A stretch of DNA of 57,265 nt, the filler included, from Sphacelaria rigidula (Eukaryota): NCBI GenBank assembly GCA_964200075.2. It is 7 parts of 7 records of this genome, joined end to end, with 100 filler letters (N's around TTAATTAATTAA, not from the genome) between each part and the next. Parts side by side here need not be neighbours in the genome. Positions count along the whole stretch, not along the records: positions 32,781 to 40,875 come from CAXNAA020012321.1; positions 40,976 to 49,070 come from CAXNAA020012322.1; positions 49,171 to 57,265 come from CAXNAA020012323.1; 4 more parts are not named here. One strand, given 5' to 3'. Under the pieces are notes generated by a model that was not told the DNA's origin, did no database searches, and was given only the letters and a program-made list of their open reading frames with translations. This document shows positions 37,675 to 50,350 of this stretch, piece after piece. Both the position numbers and the translations under genes were made by a program. Each line of letters begins with the position of its first letter. Position 1 is the stretch's first letter.

Positions 37675-38190
37675 GCTTTGCTGTGCTATGCTGTACTGTA
37701 CTGTTCGCTGACTGCAGTGGGTGCTGCTCGAGTGTTTCCAAAACCTCACGCAAACATGCGGTCACGAATCTTGAAGTACCGGTGCTGTCTGAAGCTGCCT
37801 TTGTACTGTTTTATACATTCAGGCCAGCTGTACCGCAGAACAGATTATGAAAAGCAGAAAGGCCGTCAATAGCTCAGCTCGGGAAAATAAACCGTCAGAA
37901 GACTCGCTCTAGGCGCGCAGATGCGTGCTGTGCCATGCTATACCATACTGTCTGCGAACTGCAGTATACGCTGCCGGAGTTTTCCCGAGAACTCCCGCGA
38001 GCATGCGAGGACGACTCATGCTGGTGCTGCGTTTTTCGCAAGTGTTTTTGGTAGTGTATACAGTATGTTCAATTCAACTGTACCACAGAACACATGACAT
38101 CACAAAGGCTGACAGTGGAATAACTCGGGAAAAAACGAAGGCTAAAAGAACCGCTCTGGGCATGCAGACGCGTGTGCTGTACTGTAGTTG
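37675..38190. repeat. Two diverged ~250-bp tandem units
   Basis: CTGTACC.CAGAACA and CTCGGGAAAA..CGCTCT.GGC..GCAGA.GCGTG recur about 250 bp apart. Confidence 0.6.
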
Positions 38191-38319
38191 ACGCGTTCCG
38201 TGTGAGTGCAAACATTTAAGTTGGGTTTATTGCGGGTTTGACTGTTCAGGGGTTCGCGACCTGTACGCTGTTATTTGCGTACCCCACCTGCAACGGGGTC
38301 GCGCCACCGAGTCGCGCCC

Positions 38320-38790
38320 CATGAAATGACAGGTGGGAAACAACATGTTCTCATTATTCACATCATATGAACAGAAGGTGGGGAAGATGTACGTACGATT
38401 CACGCTGCATAAATGAAAAGTGGAAAACATGTGCACTTGATCCATCTCGCATAAATGGAAGGTGGGGAACATGTACGTGTGATTCATGCTGCATGAATGG
38501 AAATCGGGACACGTGTACCCTTTATTCACCTCGTATGAGGAGAAAGTGGGAAACATGTACCGATGATTCATGCTGCGTGGATGGAAGGGGAGAAACATGT
38601 ACGCTTGATTCACCTCGTATGAATGGAAGGTGGAGAACGTGTGCCTATGATTCATGCTGCATGAATGGGAATTGGGAAATATGTTTCCATAATTCATACC
38701 ATAACCAATGGAAGGTCGGAAACGTGTACCTTTGATGGTGTACCGCACGAATCAAGAATTGGGAATGTGTACACTCCAAGTAATAATGCA
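38320..38790. repeat. 42-bp minisatellite, block 2 (~10 units, alternating variants)
   Basis: Units end alternately in ..GCTGC and ..CTCGT/CTCGC. This gives 14/28-aa periodicity in ORF 38227-38748. Confidence 0.9.
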
Positions 38791-39451
38791 CGAATCATGA
38801 ACAAAAAACACGTACAAATCACATCTCGCGGACGAATCGTATGGTTGATTCGTACAAACTTTGAGTATGATTCGAATCACGATTTCATCCGTCCGAACCG
38901 TGAGATCTATGAAGCAGTGCACATCGCTTTTGCGAATCTAGTATCATACTGTCACGTGAACAAGGTACATCACTACGCGTGACATCCCCATTTCGTGGGT
39001 TGAGAGTCCCCGCCCCGCCCCTGCCCCCGCTAATTTGGGCCTTGGAGTAAAAAACTGGGGTCTTGTGCAATTTGTCACTACCTGTGCCATCTCCTGCGCC
39101 ATGGGTCGGACGTTGTACTCTTTCGCCATAGTGCGTGAGTGGCTATGTCCACTGCATGATCATCCCCATGACGACCGGTGTCCAAAACATAGTAGAAAAC
39201 CTTCACCCTGGGCGCCTCAACAGGTTTTTCTTTGGTTCGTCCATTCCACAGTTTCATCAACTCCAACATCTCTTTCGGGGGACAAACACCCTAACTTTAT
39301 TCGATGGTCATAGTCGGTCATCTAGAGTCAGTCTTTCCGCTGCTGTCATTCCATCATATAGGTGGGATGGTGTCTCAACTCGTGTCCACGTCTTATATTC
39401 CTCGCTACTCTCCACGTCTTGTTCCTGTTTCTGAACGTTTTCCTTGCGCAG

Positions 39452-39484
39452 CTCGAACGTGTGGAGAAGAAGCACTCATCATGA
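39452..39484 (+). CDS. Candidate terminal exon of the coiled-coil gene
   Basis: Strong acceptor TTTTCCTTGCGCAG|CTC. Phase 0 reads LERVEKKHSS*, continuing ...IEEKLIKAKEK. An alternative phase-1 reading stays open to 39702. Confidence 0.4.
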   Translation, partial: LERVEKKHSS

Positions 39485-40875
39485 CCAACTTTGCTCTGTC
39501 CTTCTTGTGGGAGCACACGTGGAGCTTCGATGGCTTATCGAACCTCTGGTACACCACTACTCGTACATTTGCTGGGTTTTCGAGAGAAGTACACACGGGG
39601 CAGAGTGCCGTCGGAGATTTTCATTTACCGGTGCCTATGGGCGCAAGAGCCTTTGTGGAGGGAAAGGCTGTGCGCTCGGATGCGAGCCTGGCTGTCGTTT
39701 AACTACACCTGCGTCAGTCATGTAAATGTTATCTGTCACGGTACACACGGTGGTCGCCTGTGTGCAGAGGAGAGACGACAAAAACCGCGCCATGTGCTGC
39801 TTTGTGATACCATCGTCACTCGGTTTCCGTGAAGGGAACCGTCTCGCTCTCATTGAAAGCGCATGCGATGTCTGTATGAAGCACGAAATCAACGTGTAAC
39901 AGTATATTCGTGAGAATAAGAGTAGCGGATAGGACTGAGAGTCGGGTTTTATTCGAATGATGGTTAAGGCCTGGCTTTCCGACTCATGGACAAAAGGCTT
40001 AGGCGGGATGATGAACAATGTGTGTACGGACGAGGGCTTAGCAAGGAAGAACCTCAGGTGCCAATTGGTAGTCTTACTGCTGTCGTACGCAACCAGTCGA
40101 GCAAAATGCACTTTGAAAGTATTTGTCACAAACGTCTACTCGTAAGATGAGTAAAGGATAGTCGGGCATAAAGTATGTAGACTAGAGAAGAGCCAGCTAG
40201 TCAAGAACGTGTAGCCACGTATTTTTATGTGGCACGGAGGCTAGTGTAGCCCCCGCACCTCCTTAATGGACTTGTTTTTGCAGTGAAGGGTCAGAGAGAA
40301 GAGATGATGATGACGGCATGCTTCAGGAAGCACATGGGGCGTAACGTTCTGAAGAACACGAAACGACCAGAAAAACCCGGCCTCCTCCTTTCCCCGTATT
40401 ATTCGAACATCAAAGAAGGAACGCACGGCAAACAAATCAGCCATACAGGAAGTGGAGCCCGCGTTTCCGCGAAAAACAGTGGCAGAAGAGCAAAATCCCG
40501 GATTTGGTTCGGTCTTTACACTATTAATAACAATGTGTTGGCGGAACAAAACCAAAAAATGCGCAGGAGGCGTTATTGTATGTCCGACGTCCGATTACTT
40601 CCAAAATTCAAATACAACGCAGCACCAACGTTTTCAAACCTTGGAGAGGAGGGTTGTGCATGCCGTGCGTGCTGTGGGGCAACAAACAAACGTCAGTAAC
40701 ATGCAAACACAAACACCATATGACACAGGAATTAACCCTATCGACGACTCAGTCGTGGGGGTCCAATGGTGAAAAGGGGCAGCGCTGTTGCGAAATAAAA
40801 ACGAGAAACAACAGGAAATTGTGCGAATTGAGGTTTAACTCTGAGATGAGGCTCAAGTGGGCAACCCGACTTGCG

Positions 40876-40975
40876 NNNNNNNNNNNNNNNNNNNNNNNNN
40901 NNNNNNNNNNNNNNNNNNNTTAATTAATTAANNNNNNNNNNNNNNNNNNNNNNNNNNNNNNNNNNNNNNNNNNNN
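40876..40975. other. Artificial contig linker
   Basis: 44 N + TTAATTAATTAA + 44 N. Confidence 0.99.
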
Positions 40976-42277
40976 AGTAATGCTGGATCTACGTAGAACC
41001 GGGGGTCGGGGTGACGTACGAGTACCGACAGTCAAGTGTGTGCAAATGTGGTACAGTACAGTTGAGAGCAGCGGGGCCGTCCGCCTCCCTTGTTCATTCT
41101 CAGTTCATCTACCTCCATCACTTCAGCACTCTCCCAAGTTATAGTAGAACTTGGGTGCTCTTCAATAAAAGATCTGAAACCATTACCCTGTGCCTGAGCC
41201 AAGGAATACACCCAACCAAGTGGGCGTAACTGCAGCAGAAACTCTGCTTGCGAAAATGCTCTCACGTGGTGATACTGTTTGGCGTGAATACTCGATTTTT
41301 CGGAGGCGAGTTGGACCCCATTTTAGTGTTCAACCCCGAAATTTAGATTCGGCTGTCAATTTTCGTACGTTACAATTGAGTGAACATTTTCTCGTCACAT
41401 GTGTTCGAGTTCCCAATGTGTAAAATACGGGAGGGTATTGATCATATGATGATGCGACTCATTGAGAACAGCGTTGGATGCAAGAGCGTAAGATCCAGGA
41501 TACTGTTCCGAGACCAATAGAAACAATCCGGCGGGTTGGCTGATGCGAAACGGTGCTGTTCCGATCGATCCTCAGAACGTTCTTCCTCATGTTTTTTATT
41601 GACTAGGAAGGAAGGTACAGTTCATTTATGTTGTACTGTACGCTTCGGCCAGATAGAAAGTACCGACAGTTGTCTTATTCAGGTGTGTTGTGCGTTCGCG
41701 ATCGAATGAAGTAAGGGACATTTGTCATAGCTTATCAAGGAGCTGATGGAGGTGCGCTCCCGCATCGCTCGCCTCTCTGTGATCAGTTCGTGTGTGTTTC
41801 CTCACTTAAGCCGGTGGTATTCAACTTGATGATGAAGATATTTACGTACCCCTGTTTGGTCGACTGTCATCTCGACAACTGGTGTTGGATGAGCTGCCTT
41901 ATGCTTGCTGATCAGGCAGTCGGTGCTGCTTAAGTCAGTGCGTGCTCAAAGCATATCGACGAGGGAAATACTGCAGTAGCTGCTACATCTGTGTGACTTG
42001 CTTTTCTTCAACAGCACCGTGATTTCAACGTATTTCCATTCGTGGGTCTAGCAATAGGGGGGGTGGGGTCTTTCGGACCATCTCTTCCACGAAGTCCCAC
42101 TTCAAATCGCCGTCGGAAACAGCAACAACCAGTTGTTCGAACGCGCTTGTTACCGGTAAAAATTACTCACTCATTCCGCTTGACACCGGTTTCCCCAAAT
42201 GCAAGCGTACCGCGAGTGTGTCAGATTGTCGCACACACCTATGAGTCTTTCCCCCGTGGAATCGACCCCCCCCTCCT

Positions 42278-42522
42278 CTATCGTAGCATCACTCCCGTGT
42301 GTGGCACTACCTCCATACGCCACACAGTGAACACGAGGTTGTGGAGGCACTTTCATGTGGCAGAGTTCTCGGTGAGGCCAGCCTTGAATAGTTCGCCACA
42401 CATTTTTTCAGTCCCAACAGCATTGATGTTCGTCAACTTACCCAATGCTTCCTTCACTTCTTCCATCGAGGGCTCGGCTGCAAGCCCTGCGTTCCCCGAC
42501 ATCTGTTCGATGACAACGATTT
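42278..42522 (-). mobile_element. Decayed non-LTR retrotransposon (RTE-like) ORF2 fragment, region at the RT N-terminus
   Basis: Translates to EPSMEEVKEALGKLTNINAVGTEKMCGELFKAGL...*KCLHNLVFTVWRMEVVP../..DATI. This matches the EEVxxAlxxLxxxKAxGxDxxxxElxK...iWxxxxvPxxWkdA pattern. Confidence 0.75.
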
Positions 42523-43453
42523 ATGTAATTTAATTCAATGTGTTTATTTAATCCAATGCGGCGGTTAGTCACTCTTTGAGCGTGAGGCCGAGGCCTGAAA
42601 ACGGCCAAAACGAAATCGGGGATCGCGCTGTATAATAGTTGCAAGCTTAGGCACGGCTCTGGGGTCCAGCGCTTGGTGAAGCTACCACTGTACATATCAG
42701 GTGAGATCACATCATGCGTGCTTTGCGATACCGACAGTGTTGAGCTATGCTCTAAAATCTACCGTAGCCTTTGCGCACCTGTGTTGGCTGTGTTTAAATG
42801 CTGTTCTCAACGTCTGTACAAGCGCCGCAGGAAGGCAGTGCAGTGACAAACTACCTCACAAGGCTCGTGTACCATAAAATAAGGATGGTAGGCAGCAGAT
42901 CCGTTCGATGATCCAGCACCAACACTCACTCATCCGGCCTTGCGCAGGAACTACACATACGGCACGTTACAGTACATCCTACTTCACTGGCAACGATCCT
43001 CAGCGCTCAAAACCCCGTACATTTAGCCCCAGCAGGGCCGTACATGGTGCACGCTGTCGCTCTATATCAAGTCTACCTATGACTATACACTGCGGACTGT
43101 ATTGTGGATAGCGTTCCTGCGCTATCACTGGTGTGGGCATTCAGTTACTTGTCTTGCGCCACGCGAAGAGCATGGACGATATTGCCGTAAAATACTGTTC
43201 TAAAAATACCATGACGACCAGCAGCACCCAGCGTTTAATGCCACGTTGTTTAGCACCCCCATCAGAAACAATATACGGTACGATCAGCAGACTCGACAAA
43301 GCATGAAATCACGTCATGTTGGCCTCGAAATACGAAGAATGTTGGTTGCTTCCTCATTCAATAACTCCAGCTAAATTGCACTTCGCAGCACTCAAACTGA
43401 CGACCAATTTCTCAACCGCGGGCAAAACAGCTACTGATGCGAGTGCTGTACGA

Positions 43454-43610
43454 TTGATAGTTCGATTGATTGATCGTCGCACTTGAGTTGGCCCTCATAG
43501 GATGCAGCCGTGATCACATGATAGACGTACCCGAGACAAAATAGACACGGAAACACTCTCTGAGGACAGAAAAGAACGAACAGAAAAGGTAGAACAGAAC
43601 ACGGCATCAT
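43454..43610 (-). mobile_element. 3' end of a non-LTR retroelement with an (ATCA)n-like tail
   Basis: GATTGATTGATC tail on the plus strand; homologous to ~14060-14200. Confidence 0.5.
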
Positions 43611-43782
43611 AGAGTATTGTACGAACACGATTGCACAAAACTTGCGCGGTACTGCTGATTTACAAATGCTGTCACTCCACACACAAGTACATAGGTCATG
43701 CTGGAAGCCAAGCTATAGGTCAAGGCCAAGATTGCGCTCTCAGGCCACTGCTCACGTGCTAAACATATACTCCGGAGGGTTA

Positions 43783-44185
43783 TCGAAAACTGCCTTTTTG
43801 TCCCTTTTGCGTCGTTTTACGCCCGAAAGAGGGCTAAGCGGATGTTGACAACTTGGCGTGGCTTGCTCTAGTCGGTGAGACCGTTCCAGGGCACCTTTGT
43901 GCTTTCCGTGGCCACAGTTTTTGTTTTGGCCAAACTTGCATTTATAACAGCGAACGGTAAAGTCGGAAAAGAAACAGGGGCAAGTTCTGGCATTTTTTTT
44001 TATAACCTGACCGTTGATTGCTGAAAATGCGAGTTTGGCCGAAATAAAAACTGTGGCCACCGGAAAACACAAAAGTGCACTGGGACAGTCTCACCGACTA
44101 GAGGAAGTCATTTCAAGTTGTCAACATCCGCTTAGCCCTCTTTCGGGTGAAGAACAACGGAGGGGGGCCAAAAAGGCAGAGTCGA
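43783..44185. mobile_element. Foldback MITE with ~175-bp arms
   Basis: CCCGAAAGAGGGCTAAGCGGATGTTGACAACTTG pairs perfectly with CAAGTTGTCAACATCCGCTTAGCCCTCTTTCGGG, and pairing extends in both directions. Confidence 0.9.
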
Positions 44186-47129
44186 CACATTTTTTTGCTG
44201 GCACATGAAAAGTGAAGTTGGACCATTTGGGGGAGGCACAAATTTGTACATTTTCAAATATGAGGATTTCGGCCGGTATGTGGGCGATTTTCTCCCGTGG
44301 ATTGAGTTTTCGCCCCCCAGTCCGTTGGGCAACGTTTCTCGACCAGCTGTGAGAAAACCAGTTGGGTTCTCCGATCCTCTGCACGTTGACTTCTGGTATG
44401 GCACCTTCCTGTTAAACTCCGAGAGAGACACTCCCGAATATGTGTGCGAGAGGATCGATTTTGCGCACATCTCTATGTAGTACACGCATATTCGAGAGTG
44501 CCTCGACCTGAGCAGCGAGGTGACATACGAAACGCCAACGTGTAAAGAGCCGGAATAATATCCTGGTATATCAGAGCTAGCCAAGCAGCATCGCCCAACA
44601 GACTGGGGTCAGCGAAAACGATCGACGGGAGAATGGGTACAAATCCTGAATCTGCGGAGACTCCCATCTGTGCATAGTCAGGGTGACTCATTTTCGAAAG
44701 TTGGATTCGCATGAGCTCAATTATATGGTTTTCGGATTTGAAAATGGTTCTGTACACGGAGGAATTTTCTCCGGAGGGGCATGGTATCGCTTTTTAGTGA
44801 AGCCTGAGAACAGGCAAGCGGTGTTTTGTCTTTCAAGTACAGCGTCGCACCGTGGTACGCCACGGTATACTACAGTGCGCACTACACTCCATCATCACAG
44901 TACACGACAATGCCGTGCTGTAATACACGATGGTGCAATGAGTACTGTAGAACAGTGTGCGACAAGAGTACAGTACGAGAGCAGTTCCGTGTATCACCCG
45001 GCAACTTCGTCGGCAACAAACAGTGGGATAAATCAGCACCGTTCGCTGTGGTGATCTGCACCCCGTCCAGTGCGGTATATTACCATCGCCGCAGGGCACG
45101 GCATAACACTGCTCATCCGCTTGTCGAACCCCGTGTGCACCACCGTTGCTACGACGCGGCCCCAGCAGCTGGCGCAGGTGGGCACGGTCTGTGCTGTCGG
45201 GAGACGATCTACTGCTGCGCTTCCAAAACGTTTGAACGCCTCTTGTCCTACTATCGTGCGTCACTGTACGTGCCCCACCTTCCTGCAGCTTTGGAGAACC
45301 TCAACTTTCCCCCGATCTGTAGCGCATATTCGGAAAATCCCGATCTCAGCTCCCCCGATCTTCGTACAGGTCGAAATTTGTGTCGCCATCAAAGCTAGAC
45401 TTATCCCCGCCTGGGTCAACCCAGTTTCCCTCCAGCCGGGGATCAAATCACTCTATCCCTTCCCTAAACACGATGGGGGTTGTGATCTACCATATTCACC
45501 AGTTACACAGGCATTTCAACACGAATGGAGATGCCCCCGAACACGCAGAGGGCATCTTGAGGACTTGCCTCTAGCACATACAATTTTCATGTGACCCCAT
45601 CCCCCTCCCACGTTTTTTTCCGGGGATGAACTGAACACACCCCCTCCCAATACAATCTCGGCGGAACATGGGGTGCTATCAGACGTTGAGTCATTTGCGG
45701 TTGAAAAACAAAAAATCTGGACGCGTGACCGTCACCAATAGGAAGCGAGCAATTCACCACATCAAGTGATATATGTCGTTTTTTCGTCACGGGGTTGCAG
45801 ACACCACGCGGAAGATCTTGTTCCATTCCCCCTCTGCACATGCGCAGGGGTCATCATGCACCATCTAGGGCATATTGCGTACGAATGGTGATGCCCCTGA
45901 ACACTCAGCAGGTATTGTCAGACCGTATCCACCCCATCTTACGCCTTTACAACCTCTGCCCCTCCTCGCCGGGGCAAATAAGTACGCCCCCCCCCCCCCC
46001 CCCCCCCCCCCCTCCTCGCTGGGGGATAAAATCAACGTATCCCCTACCCGCACGATCCCAGCAGGAAAGGGGGTGTTATCCGATATGCGAGCTATTTGCG
46101 GCCGGATAGCGATGAGTGTGAACACGTGACCGGTACCAATAGAAGATCCACAACCTACCGTAACTCATAATTGTTCTGGTTTTCGCTAACAGTGTCACAG
46201 TCATCACCGGGGAGGCATCGTCCCATCCCCTTCCTCTTTATGTGCTGGGATCATGATCTACCCTAGGGACTCGTCGAATGCCGATGCCCCTGAACACGCG
46301 AGTGGTCACTCAAATGTACGCATTTTACTCGCTGATTCGGGACAACCTTCCTCCCTCTTACCGACGATGAGATGAGCACACAAGCTGGCCAATGGTGACC
46401 ACCCAATATTGTGTCATCTGCAAAAACGCGGGATTTTACGAATTGAGCATGTGTATTTTTTTTCTTGAGGATGAACCTCGGCAACCTTCACAAGCATTAA
46501 ACTACTTTCGAAATGAAGATGCGAATGCACTCTCCAGCCGTGATTTGTAACCTAGCTTATCTACGAATAAATCCATCCGCAAGTCGTGGAATCTCGCGTT
46601 GATATCAAATAATCTCGATTTCGCTCTATTCCCGTACAAACGTGTTTTTATTTATCAGTACCACCTGTTAACACGGGATTTTACACAGAGGGAATGACGT
46701 TGTTTTTCGAGACGAGGAAGGCTACACATCACGGTGGGATAGTAGTGTATTTGCATTTTGTTTCCGAGAATATCTAGATGCTTGCTAAGGTTTTCAAGTT
46801 CCACCCTCAATGAAGAATCCATCCTCGCGTGGTAACATCCAAAATTAAATGCCTTCCGCATTACCTACCCAATAGTCGCATACATGGTATGATATCGGCC
46901 GCAATGAACAAACGAAGAGGTTGATGGCCGGATTTGTGTTCAAGGCCATGGCAGTGGCGCTAAGGGCGAGAATGTACCTTGACCAATCAGGGCTGCTTAA
47001 ATTGTTCTGAAATCGAAAATATGGCTTCTCGAAGGCTGGGTTGAGACGACAGGATGACCTTAGTTTAGCCCATTGCTCCGCTAGTCCTTTTTTATTTATA
47101 ATTCCTTTTTTTGCTTCACTACTTTTCTA

Positions 47130-48953
47130 CAGGGTGTTATAACAGACCATCCATCTATTATGCCAATCACCGATCCCGATTTTTTTCGACATCGAGGAAA
47201 AAAAAGTTGGGGTGTCGCGATCTCAGAACAATTTCCACCCATTTTCGAAACAATCAGAGAAAAACATGCCGAGATCGCGACTGCCCCCGACTTCGAGGAG
47301 GTGACGCATGTCCATTGATGTACAATGGTGGAGGACGAGGCATTTGATATTTTTGCAACCGCAGCAGAAGACAGTCTCGTGACAACACAGTGTGTGCCTG
47401 CCCGCGCCAGCTGCCGCAGCAGCTTCGCACTGGGTTTGGCGAATGGATAATAACTATTTACGCCGTATACCCTGTGCTGCCACATGTATCACCATATCGA
47501 ACGGTGCTGTACTCTCCTAGTATGTTTTTGCTGCAGTTGCAGGCTGATGTTTTGTACTGGACTACTGCACTCTTCTCGCGCTCTGATTGCTCACTGTTCT
47601 CGCAATACCGACGGCGCCATCATCATGTACCACCACACGGCATTATCATGCACTGTAATAATGGAGTGTCCTGCACTGTGTTACCCCAGGGTACCATAGT
47701 ACGACACTGTACTCGAACGATTATTCACCTTCTGCCTGCTCTTCGGCTTCATGCACGAGTACGTACTTGCGCACTGGTGCAGAAAATATCCGTCTGTGTA
47801 CAGAACTATTTAGCAAAACTACGATACCGTCTGTACCATGAAACGGTCCTCCCGATTTTGAGTTCGCGAATTTGAGTCCCCGTCTGGAATAATCGAGATT
47901 CGTTGCCAAAAAATATGGTCTTAAATACATCGTCTCATCGACGGGCAACAGTGAATCCCTTCATATTGTTGATGCTGTCATATTCCTTCCTGAGTAGTTC
48001 TTGATTCTTCAGGATCAGTGCCTTCCGGGTCGCGAAGAGTCTTTATTTTCGGTCGAGTTTTGTCTATGTTTGAATGTTGAAATGGGTTCATTTTGGGCAC
48101 ATATCTCAGACGGAGAATGGGCGGAGATTGACGGTTATGCTTTGGTTTTTGTACGACCAGTGTCTTCTGCCTCGTTTCAATTCTTCATTTTCGTTCGGGG
48201 TTTGTCGTTTTTTTATTGTTGCATACGTTCACCTCGCGTAGATTTCTCGGACGGAGAATGGGTCGAACTTCACTGATACATTTTTCGTTGTGCAGGGCCG
48301 GTGTCTTCTGCCCCGTCCCGATTCTTTTTCGGGCGGGTTTTATCGTCGTTGGCGATGTTTGAAAGTCCAAATAAGCCAAAAAAAAGAGAATATGTTTTCT
48401 GTGAAAAATCTCCGCGTGTCACAAGATTTAGCTCTGAATCATATCTTCGCCTCTCAGCACTTGTTCATGCGGGCAACGGCCGATGCCGGTAGCAACACTC
48501 CTCATTACCCTTTGCCTTGGGAAACGCTCGATTGAGCGTGGGCGCGAAACGCCAAAAATCTTGTATCAACTACTTCATTTATCTTTTTTGCCGTTGAAGG
48601 GCCTTGGACGCAGGTGCACTTTATTTCATCTTTTTCAGTTGATTTTAGACTTCATTTTTTCGCGCCCATTTCATTCTCCCAGGAGCTCTGAGAAGCCAGT
48701 ATTGCCTCTTACTTGATTTTAGAGTACACCGAAGCGAGGTCATATCGCTCTTTCGACCTCGGAGAACGCAGCAGTGCCTCTTACTTGATTTTACACACGT
48801 TTTTCATGTCAGCATCTTCGCTTTTATTTTGCTAGTCATGCGTTTGGAGGGCTTGGAGTGCAAACACTCTATTATACTCTACAAGCTTCCCGCGCTCTGT
48901 TGCATGGGTTAGGAAGTTCCGACGGGTTCCGTTTGACTGTTCGAGATGCCACC
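47130..48953 (+). repeat. ~1.8-kb interspersed repeat (copy 2 of 24720-26545)
   Basis: Colinear homology along the whole length; pseudo-ORFs are shared but not frame-conserved. Confidence 0.9.
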
Positions 48954-49070
48954 TGTCATCATGAGCCGCAAACTGTCTTTTCAAACTTCATGTGCACCCT
49001 GGGATAATGGCAAAAACACTTGCGGCTAGTGAGGGCCGCATGACCACGGCCCCGACCGTGGTGCAACTTG

Positions 49071-49170
49071 NNNNNNNNNNNNNNNNNNNNNNNNNNNNNN
49101 NNNNNNNNNNNNNNTTAATTAATTAANNNNNNNNNNNNNNNNNNNNNNNNNNNNNNNNNNNNNNNNNNNN
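49071..49170. other. Artificial contig linker
   Basis: 44 N + TTAATTAATTAA + 44 N. Confidence 0.99.
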
Positions 49171-49207
49171 CTACTGACAAGTCAGCGCTGACTTGTCAGT
49201 AGTCTAG
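49171..49207 (+). repeat. Perfect 32-bp palindrome followed by CTAG|T (possible Helitron 3' terminus)
   Basis: CTACTGACAAGTCAGC GCTGACTTGTCAGTAG T CTAG T. Confidence 0.5.
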
Positions 49208-50278
49208 TTGGTAGTCTCTTAAACCGTCACAGTACACCAAAACGCGCTAGCCAAATGCATGGGGTACGGGGATAGCCAGCACTTGCCTTCAAGTGGTAGA
49301 AGTGCAGCCTGCAAACAATATCGTGTGTGAGTCTGATGCAGCTATGGTAGGGTATGAGTTGGGGGGCGAACGTTCCCTTGAGCACGGTCAACCTCAGACA
49401 AGAATACGTTTCCCCCGTTGTTATATCTCGCCGGCGTTTAAGAACAAAATGTTGTGTATAGACAGTCGAGTTACAGTCAACTGATATTTTGGCCCATAAT
49501 ATTGTTTTGGCTGGTCAAGAATCTGTGTTCAATAAATACAGTCTTCTCTATTTACATCTTTACAAAACTTCTCCATGTCATTTTTTGCGTCTCCCGTAGT
49601 TATGGGGACAAATAGTACATACACATACTGCAGACCAACCGGCCAACGAACTCGCTGATCTCTTACGTTGAAAATTGCATGCACACGTACACACGAAAAA
49701 CAGTAACTGAAACCCATGAACGCTTCACGACAGGTAATCTCTACATCACACACATGATTCATCACAACAAAGTTGACAGTTTTCCTCGCCTACTTCACCA
49801 CCTACGATGCCACATCCAACAGGCGCCGGATTCGATGATATATCGATACGTTCTCCATCTGGGACATGATAGTATAGGGAAAAACTTCGAAACCAGGTTA
49901 CGCGCCGTACGTTTTCAGTCAGCAAACGGGCCAAAAACAAGCTCGTCGAAGGACAAAGGGGAAAGCGCTCCGAAATGTATGTCATACCAGAGGGATGGTT
50001 TACCCCAGGAGAAATATGAAAGAGGAGACACTCCTGTCTGATCTTGCTGCATAGAGCAAACAAAGCCTGGACGGTCCAGCCCGCCGCACTATGTCGGGTC
50101 TCGACAGCAAGCACGAGCACCGCACTAATCCCCCCCGAAAACAGCGATCTGGCCTGGGGCATCGTACAATGCGTCGCGACAGGTGAGGCAGTGACCTCCA
50201 CGACAGTACAGCAGCCCTTCAACGCTATATTCCGGCTATCACCCAACAGCTTCGTGACAGACTTTTCAAACAGCCCAC

Positions 50279-50350
50279 CTGTCAGCCGATTGGAGCTCAG
50301 GTTCAGCGTCTCTAAAGCAGTGAGCTGTCCCAGCTCTTCCGGGATATCAC
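50279..50350 (-). CDS. 72-nt phase-1/1 exon encoding one 24-aa LRR (ROCO/LRR-GTPase or LRR-receptor type)
   Basis: GGCACAG|GT GAT ATC...ACA G|GTGGGC. Encodes GDIPEELGQLTALETLNLSSNRLT(G), fitting the consensus GxIPxxLGxLxxLxxLxLxxNxLxG. Confidence 0.92.

Noticed and set aside
38227..38748. 14-aa repeat protein
   Set aside because: Open frames on both strands follow from a 42-bp unit. There is no splice or codon evidence, and it lies among repeats in a probable intron.
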